DNA of 64,000 nt from Cyanophora paradoxa CCMP329. Lineage: Eukaryota > Plantae > Glaucophyta. The translations under genes were made by a program, and so were the position numbers. The stretch is taken from the NCBI GenBank assembly GCA_004431415.1, contig QPMI01000044.1, forward strand, positions 372,001 to 436,000. The letters run 5' to 3'. The notes beneath the pieces were generated by a model that did not search any database, had not been told where the DNA came from, and worked only from the letters and a program-made list of their open reading frames with translations. Positions 56,601 to 64,000 of the stretch are shown here, in pieces. Every line of letters starts with the position of its first letter. The stretch's first letter is position 1.

Positions 56601-57420
56601 GACTCAAGCTCGAGCTCGAGCACCAGAGGAGGATCTTGTCGCGCCAGCTCGCGTGCCGCTCAGAGAAGCAGAACACCTGCGCAGCCATGAGCCGCGGCCC
56701 CGCGTCCCGTTCAAAGCGGGCGGGCGGGCAAGCCTCCTCCCAGAGCAGACGCCAGCCGAGCGGCAGGTACGACTCGAACAGGTTCAGATTCGGCTCCTCC
56801 TGCTCGGCGCCCGCGCGCAGGGGGCGCGGGGGTGAGCTCGAGCGGATTCCGGAGAGCGGCGAGCTGAATTCGAAGCCGACAGGAACGCACGTGGACGAGG
56901 GGCTTGGCGTGGTTGACGGCGGCGCCGCGGAAGTCGCGGCCCTCGACGAGCAGCCGAAGCTTCTTCAGCACCGGCACGCGCAGCGCCGGGTCGAGGTTCC
57001 GCCACGACCTGAAGCAGCGCCTCGTGACCTCTACTTCCCTGCGGACCGCAACGGTGTAGGTCGACGACTGTAGGATCCCGGAAGGCGCGGCCGGTTCGCG
57101 CGCGCGGCCGCGCCTAGGTCTATAGCGGGTGCCGCGGGCGTGGCGCACCAGCACTCGTGGGAAGCTGAGAGGTCTGAGAGCTCAACGACGAGCGCCTGCA
57201 CACGCTCCCCTTCTTCCCGCTCTTCGGGCGCGCCAGCTTCGATGCCGCGGCCGCCGGCATCGTCGCCGAGCGCGAGCGCATCGCCATCGCCGTTGCGCTC
57301 CTCGAGGGCAAGGTTGGCGAACCGCTCATGCACATGGTCGTGGTCGAGCACGATCGGCGGGAGGGGGGCGATCGGCAGCGTCTCCCGCTGCGAGTCCAGG
57401 AACTCCGCGGCGGTCTGCAT
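50677..57420 (-). CDS. TRANK1: TRANK1/LBA1-like protein: RelE-like domain + UvrD-like SF1 helicase + TPR; possibly degenerate
   Basis: EVEVTRRCFRSW..LKKLRLLVEG..NLFESYLPLGWRLLWE..DKILLWNVCDHD; RSGTGKT; HPTLVWTEF..GSVESL..GYL; LYDVTDLVHHLY; IIVDE|VQDFTQAEL; LFFCGDTCQ|TIARGVSFRFCDLRSLF; LTQNYRSHAGIL; VLTVEEVKGLEFEDVLL.NFFTDS; ELKHLYTALTRAK; STPAEWEARGRQFLERRLFEAAKRAFENAG. Confidence 0.85.
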
Positions 57421-59480
57421 GAGCTCACGGTGTCTGTGGGCACGCGCAGGCTTCTACACGCTGCGGTGCCCTCCAAACGATCATGCATGAACTTACATGT
57501 ACAACTGGCATGAACTTGATATTACTCGCTTCGAATTCAAATTCGAAGCATGTGCAATTGCAGGTTTAATTTGCAACCGGCTGCATGCCGGCCAAAAAAA
57601 ATGCTTTCTTTTCAACCGGCTGCATGCCGGCGCCGGCTGCATTAATATTGCATGCGCATGCGCATGCGCAGTGCCTGCATTGGGCCCCCATGGCCAGCCT
57701 CCCCGTGCCCCCCCAGCAGGCGGGCCACGCCCTGATCATGAGGTCCCGGTCCTCTGGGAATCCGGGCCCCGGGGGAGTCGGTACCAAATTTCTGAATGCA
57801 TGGCCAGGGCCGGCGCGCGGGGGAAGATCTAAAGGTTGATATCGATATCGATCGTGATCATATGCATGAGATCTAGATCTAGAGCCAGCTGCAGGCCGCC
57901 CGGCCGAAGCTGCAGTGATCATGATGCAGTGAGGATCCGAGAAGGCCAGCCTGGCGGGCCGGCTGTAGACCTAGAGACCTAGGATCCGGATGCAGTGAGA
58001 TCCAGGATCCGGACTCGGGATCCGGAGAGCCAGCTGCAGCTGATCATGAGGGCGCCGAGAGAGCCCGCGCCGGGAGCTCTTGCTATAGACTCGGATCCAG
58101 AGGCCAGGGAGGGGGCTTACTGATTTATGAGAAGCCTTGAAGGCCGGGGTGGGGCCGGGGCCGTGGTTTTTCGAAGGGAAGAGGGGCGGCGCCGAGATCT
58201 AGAGTGTGAGAGCGGATCCCGGAGCGCAAGAGAAGAGGGGGGGGGGGGGGGGGGGGGGGCTTCAGAAGGGGGAGGGGAGGGGAGGGGCCCGGGGGGCCGG
58301 GGCGGGGGGCTTTGGTCGATAACACTAACACTATATCAATCAGCGGTGGAGATAGTTTATACAGGGAGAGCTGCCGGACGCGGGCGCGGCCGGGGCTGGC
58401 CATGGGCGGGGGGCGCGAGATTCGAGGCGAATTTCGAATTTTCGAATTCGGATCCTGAGCGTCCCTGCCCAATTTCAATTCGCCCCTTATCTCGAGGCCA
58501 CCCCCGCGCATGGTACGTCCCCCGCGCCGCCGCAGTAAAAACAAAATGCGTCGCCGCCTGCGGCCCAGTGGATCCGGAGCAGGCGGCGCGGCCTCGAGCT
58601 CATCGAAAGGCCGCTTCAAATAATGCCCCAGCTGGCCGCTTCCGCTCATCGAAAGGCCGCTTCCGCTCACCTTCTGAAGGCAAATTTTAAACTGCAGCTG
58701 GAGCTCGAGCCTCCGAGGCGGGCCTCAGCTGCAGAAGCTCTCGGAATCCGAACTTGGGCTCGTATGCGATTGTTAAAATGGACCGGAATCCGAACTCGGG
58801 CTCGGCGGGGTACGGTGTTTAAAATTCGCAGCCGTCAAGCAGCCTCCCTGGCACCAGCTGCAGCTGCAGCTGCCACTGCGCGTGCAGCTAATAAGGCCTA
58901 TGGGTAACACATGCATGGTGGAGAAGAGGAGTGGAGGCCTAGGGGGGGAGGGGGGGATTCGAAGGGGAGGCGGGAGGGGTCGGGGGCCGGAGGCCGGCTA
59001 GGGGTGGGGTGCACGTGGGGGTGGCCCATGGGGGTGGGGTGGGGGTGGGGGGTGGGGGGGCGAGGGCAGCACGGGCAGGGGGTGTCGACGCTGGTGCACG
59101 ACGTCGACGCTGCACGTTCCGCCGGGCCGTGGCCTGCGGTCCGGAGGCCGGGAGTACAATCTGCGCAGGGCATGCAGAACTGCAAATTTCGAAACCAATA
59201 AGGCCCGTTCGACATCGCTATGTATATCTTGCTAATATTGGCGCATGCGTGCATCATGGCATGGCGTAGGCAGCTTGGCGTCGCATGCATTAATATTTGC
59301 GGGCGTGTTGCGGGTGGCGGGTCCGTGCCAAGCTTGATGCCGGATTTTTTTAAGTGACCCGCCTTGCCAACTTGCCCCTGCAGCTGGGGCAATTTGCAAA
59401 AGAGGTCTTTGCAAACTCTCGGACTGAAGAATTTGTAAAAGTGCCCGATATAAGAGGATTCGAGTTCTAAAACATATGGC

Positions 59481-62400
59481 TCAAACATACGCATGAGTCA
59501 CGACGGGCGCCGCAGCTGGCTCAGGGCCCGCAGGGGCCGAAATGCCCGGGTAAAACGCTGCTCCCTTGCCGGCAGATCCCTTCTCGCGGCGCCGCTTTAG
59601 GTAGAAGTACGAGGCGATGCCTCCAATCAGCACTGCGCCGCCGACGCCGCCGACTGCACCTGAGAGAGACGACGATGTCAGACGTCCTGGTTTGAGTTCG
59701 AAGACCGGCCGTATTTAGAAGACCGGCCGAACCTGCGATCGCCCCGACCGGCGCGCTCGAACCGGAGCTTGACGAGGGAGGGGCTGAGCCTGTATTCGTG
59801 TCCGAGTTCGAGCCGGTGCCGGAACCAGTGGATCCAGGCGGCGGGCTCTGCGTGCTGCCGCCGGAGTTCGCGGTTGGGTTCGTTGTTGGAGCCTGCTCGG
59901 AATGCCACGGCCATGGCCAATCAGATTTTCGCACGCGCCATAAAAGGCTGAATCAAAGAAAATAGATTCACATTCGAGCTGGACTCTGAATCAAGCGTTG
60001 GGGTTTCAACCGATTTAACTGTCAACCCGGCAACGGTCAAAGTGCCCTTGTCCGCCGCGGATTTGATTGCCAAGTAAAGCCTGTACGCCGGGTTGTCGCT
60101 TCCAATCGCGAGCGCCCCACGAGAAGTCCATCCGGAAAGAACGGGGCTGGAAGGGATACCGCCGTAGACGGCCACGTCGTAGATAGCAATCGGGTAGATA
60201 AGGTCGAATCCGCTTGCGACCCCGAGGGCAGATCTAGAGCGCCGCGAAAAGGCCTCGGAGCAGTAGTACGAAGCGCTGTCGTAGGAGGACGGGGGCTTGA
60301 TCTGACGATCGCGAACATAAATATCAACAGGTTAACGGTTGAAAAACGGCTTCGGATCCATATATATATGCATCGCAGACTGACCTCGATCATCTCTTGA
60401 TTCACGAGAGACGCCTGAGTAGCTGCCTTTAAGTCCTGCTTCGCGCGAGCGGCGTCGAAGCCGGACAAGGACTTCTCGCACGCCGCCAGGTCTGTCATAC
60501 TGAATCGGAGTCTGATGCGAACGACGACCACAGTGTTCTTCCAAAATTCAGGAGGCGGAGTGGGTGTCGGAAGCGCCACCACGTAGGACGACTCCGCGGA
60601 TCCCGCAGGATTGCTGACGGTGACCGAAACACGCAGATTCGAAGCTTTAGAGCTTGCAAAGTCTTCGTTGAGAAAGTAAACTGTTGCGGATGTGGGCGCA
60701 TTGTCACTAGATGGAGCCATCCAGATCGGTTTGTATACAGCAGGATCGTCGCCGAGCTCGACCTCCTTGCCCGATGCGAGGTCACTGGCGATCGAGTACG
60801 ACTTCGTAACGTTGACAGGAACTTCCGAGCTGCGGCTTTGGGCGAAGACTTTCAGCTCCACGCGATCGATGTCGAAAGCGGAGCCAAGAAGGGTCCACTT
60901 CGCGGAGACGCCCCTCCCAATCCAATCGCCTCGGCCGCCGCCAGAGCCGAATACTTCCGTCTCGAATGAAGCTGTAAGGTCTTTAACGGCGACAGGGACG
61001 TTGAACGAAAAAGGCCTCCCTACGTCAGCAGGTCCAGGGTTTACATCGACGATTGTGGCGAGATCTACATTGAGTGCTGCAACTGAAGTATCAGTGCACG
61101 CTTTCCCGATCCCACCGGCATTCTCATGTACGCCAAATCGGGTAATTCCGTAAAACTCGTTCGAAAGGTAACAGTTGAAATTATTGCGTTCTTGATCTGG
61201 TGCAGCAATGGCGTAGCGGTACCTGCATGAGCGCGGCGTGGTCGCTCGGAGTTTTACACGAACCCGGCCGCACGCGGTCAACGTTAACGTTGAATGGGCT
61301 CACCTGCCAGATTGGGCAGCCACTGAGGCGCATGCTTTCATGAGGTTTGTGATGAAAGTTGGGGTGGATGCAGACATGGTGGCTAAAATTGTCGAGTACC
61401 GATAATTTCTAAGAATGTCCTTTCGTTCTTCGTCCATCGCAATCTTGCGGTCATCGCGATCGTATCGTGCCCACGGCATACGCAAATTGACGGGAGATCG
61501 GCTTGCCGACCACTTATAGCACCCTCGAATCGAAAATTCGGGTTCCGCTGCGTGCTTGAGTTAAGATTGTGCGGGGCTGCAAGCTAAAGAGCATTCGTAA
61601 TTCATCATTACCAAGAGGCCAGATCGGAAGGCTCACGGTGGAGGTTCCTGCACGGGCTGTCGAGGTCTGGATGTAGGCGGTGTAGCGGGTGTTTGGAATG
61701 AGGCCTTCGATGACAACGTGCGAAATGCGCTCTTCTGTGTACACCTCCCAGGACCGTACCCGCCAGATCTCCTCGCGAGTCGACGTCCGATTCCGGGAGG
61801 GTTCAATAAAGACGGAGATCTCATCGAAAGTCATGGGCAGGTAATTCCAGCCACTCTCAGTACGGTTCAGCAAGCTCCACAACACAACAAGCTGCTTGGA
61901 GTTTGACATCTGGAAGATCTCTTTGTGCGCGCCGAACCAGCCGTACGAGATACCATACAAACCGGTATCTCCTGCGTCTGCTGTGACTGTGCCTGCTCTG
62001 GTCTCCGCGCGATCTAGGCTATAGCTAACGAAGAAGCTGGTTATTGGAGCGAAAACAGAAGCAGGCGTCGGCACTGGCTCCTCGCCATCGTTGATGGGCA
62101 TGTGAGGCTGCAAGTCGAAAATGGCAATCGAGCTGGGTGGAGATCTGCGCATGCGCACGATCGGCCAGCGCCGTGCATTATAATTAGAGATCGAGAAATC
62201 CGCAGGCGATATCCAGTGGGCAAAGCTTACGCCACGTTTGCGTTTGTCCACTCTGGCATACATAGTTTGTGGCGATAGCACTGAAGGGCTGCGCAGTCCA
62301 CGCTTTCAACGGGGCCGAAACGCATAGCTTTCTGCAGATGGGTAATTTTGTAGCAACTTTCCCTTTTGATGCCGAAAAAGCGAGCGCTGCAGCACCGAAT

Positions 62401-64000
62401 ATTCGAATTTGTGATCAGCTTCAACGTTGCAATTGACGGTCGCAGCGCTAGCCCTAAGTTCACCGTTGCACGCACCCTGCACTTCGGGCTTTGCTGGCAC
62501 AGAACTCAATGAATTCGTTGTATTTCTTATCTTCGATTTCGCGTGCGTTGCCCAAGTCAGCGAGCAGGTCCTCTACTGCCACAGCCTTCATCCACTGTTC
62601 CATGTGGATGTCCTCTATGTACGCTGAGGCGCGTCGAACAGATTCTGAATCGAACAGTGTCTGCGGGGGGAGAATTAGATTTTAAATCGAATAGTGTCTG
62701 CGGGAAAAGGGGATTCGCGATCGAATCTACAGTGGGAGTGTGCGCGATCTTACTTCTGGAGTAAATTTGGGATCTTTGAACTTATTGTAGTCCCCGTTGA
62801 TGTTCAGAAGTCCAGACTGCCGGTTGAGCGTCTTGTAACACCCACGGTACGCGTACGATGAGCCTGCAAGCACAAATAAGTAAACCAAGGTGCGCATGGT
62901 CTACGAACTGAGGCTGATTATAGTTATGACCTGCAACTGACACGGAGGACGAGGTCGTAAAATTCTGGGTCTGCTCCCGCTGCCCGAGAGTGTTCCCGCC
63001 CGTGACTCGGATGAAATACGCCGAGTTGGGCACGAGACCGTCGATCCAAATGCGGCTTTGACTATCTCTCAATAACTCCCTGCTGAATTCAGCCGAAGAT
63101 ACGATTTCGCTGGCAGCGCTGCGGTTTCTCGAAGGGTACAACGTCACGGTCATCCGATCAAAGTGTTGGGATATCGGGATGTCGTCTATGCCTGCATAGG
63201 ACCACTCGAACATTATTCCAGAAGGTGCCGGGCTGGCGGGTGCGAGAGTGAAAGGCGCAGGCAGCGACGGCGGATTGCCCTCGTCGCTGGCGGATGAGAG
63301 GTCAAACACGGAAAGCGCCAGATCGGGACTGTCGCCACCCAGGTGAGCGATTGCAAAACGCGGAATGCGAACCAAAGCCCAGCGCACCCTGAACCGCCGC
63401 AGGTTTGCGACGCGTTCCCGGGACAAGGGAAATTACACTGGTTGCTGAGGCCGCGTCGCGTGAGGAAGAAGAAATCGTTCGTGAACACACAGTAGGCCTT
63501 CGTAGTCGAGGGCCAGGCGTCGTCCGGCGTCCAGTACACCCCAGACGCAAAATAGCGGAATCTGCGGCATCATCGAATGCATCGAAATCATGATCATTAT
63601 ATAATTAGAAGAGCGTGACGCCAAGCGACGTCGGCTGCGCATGCGCAGTCCGTACCCTGGCTTTGATCCGGCACGCAGAGAAGCCCCGTGCGATGCACAC
63701 AGAGTATTTGAAGCCGATTGATGGGCAGCTTTGTAATCGTCTGCCCCAAGGAAGTCCTTGAAGTGATAGATTTCGGCAGGGAACACACTGATGATGTCCG
63801 TCCCGTAGAAGTTATAACTGTTAACGTTTGAATTCTCCGTTGGACCTAACGGAATTGAGTTCTTGTAGCAGCCTCGGTATCGGTACGGCACGCGATCTGC
63901 AGTCCCACGCGTACATATGCATCAGTCAAAGTCAACTTGAAGCGAAACCGAACCGTGAATGTTTTTAATGTTTAATTATAATATAATATATAAGTTAAAC
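59481..64000 (-). CDS. Large type I surface protein with >=3 (WSC-like + FN3) units, SEA-like domain, Ser/Gly/Thr stalk and TM; 5' end outside the window
   Basis: Unit starts YRYRGCY (~63870), YAYRGCY (~62845), FSIRGCY (~61525). CNFPCPGNASQTCGG (WSC-like). IDGLVPNSAYFIRV and IEGLIPNTRYTAYI (FN3). TM VGAIAG|AVGGVGGAVLIGGIASYFYL then KRRREK; ends ..THAYV*. Confidence 0.75.

Noticed and set aside
58125-59494. Minus-strand ORFs 58125-58670 and 58898-59494 as genes
   Set aside because: No family motif; they run through homopolymer tracts and overlap the 3' end of the receptor gene; a consistent exon chain could not be built.
85-63891. Hundreds of long Arg/Pro/Ala/Gly-rich ORFs in the six-frame track (e.g. 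21620-22891, 44925-46316, 45171-46286)
   Set aside because: Expected in very GC-rich DNA with few stop codons; most are antisense or off-frame to recognisable spliced genes.
1-64000. tRNA, rRNA or snRNA genes
   Set aside because: None recognised by eye; a covariance-model scan would be needed to exclude them.

Overview
GC-rich, gene-dense eukaryotic nuclear DNA with many short introns, so most listed ORFs are spurious or exon fragments. Two N-termini (MAFVSA..., MASFCS...) look like Phe-containing plastid transit peptides of glaucophyte/red-algal type. With the intron style this suggests a glaucophyte such as Cyanophora (inference). Splicing by eye gives about 19 gene models: a DUF4062-NACHT-TPR NLR-like protein; a RING/TRAF-zinc-finger + parallel beta-helix protein; a calmodulin-like protein; an IQ/coiled-coil protein; an F-type (fucose) lectin; an acylated ARM-like protein; a plastid ACR11/12-like ACT protein; an RWP-RK factor; an SCP/NIF phosphatase with an apparent plastid transit peptide; an F-box/LRR protein; a temptin-domain membrane protein; a tetraspanin-like gene; a TRANK1-like RelE-UvrD-TPR helicase; a WSC/FN3 surface receptor; and several hypotheticals. 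A nest of small MITE/foldback elements lies at 19.0-21.4 kb. Notable patterns: introns and 3' UTRs that repeatedly contain a copy of the adjacent exon junction; key motif residues on 10-24 nt microexons; frequent GC-AG introns; an inverted ~0.5 kb multi-exon duplication shared by two otherwise unrelated genes; and many recognition/immunity-type genes. Exon boundaries were read manually and are approximate. No database searches were run.
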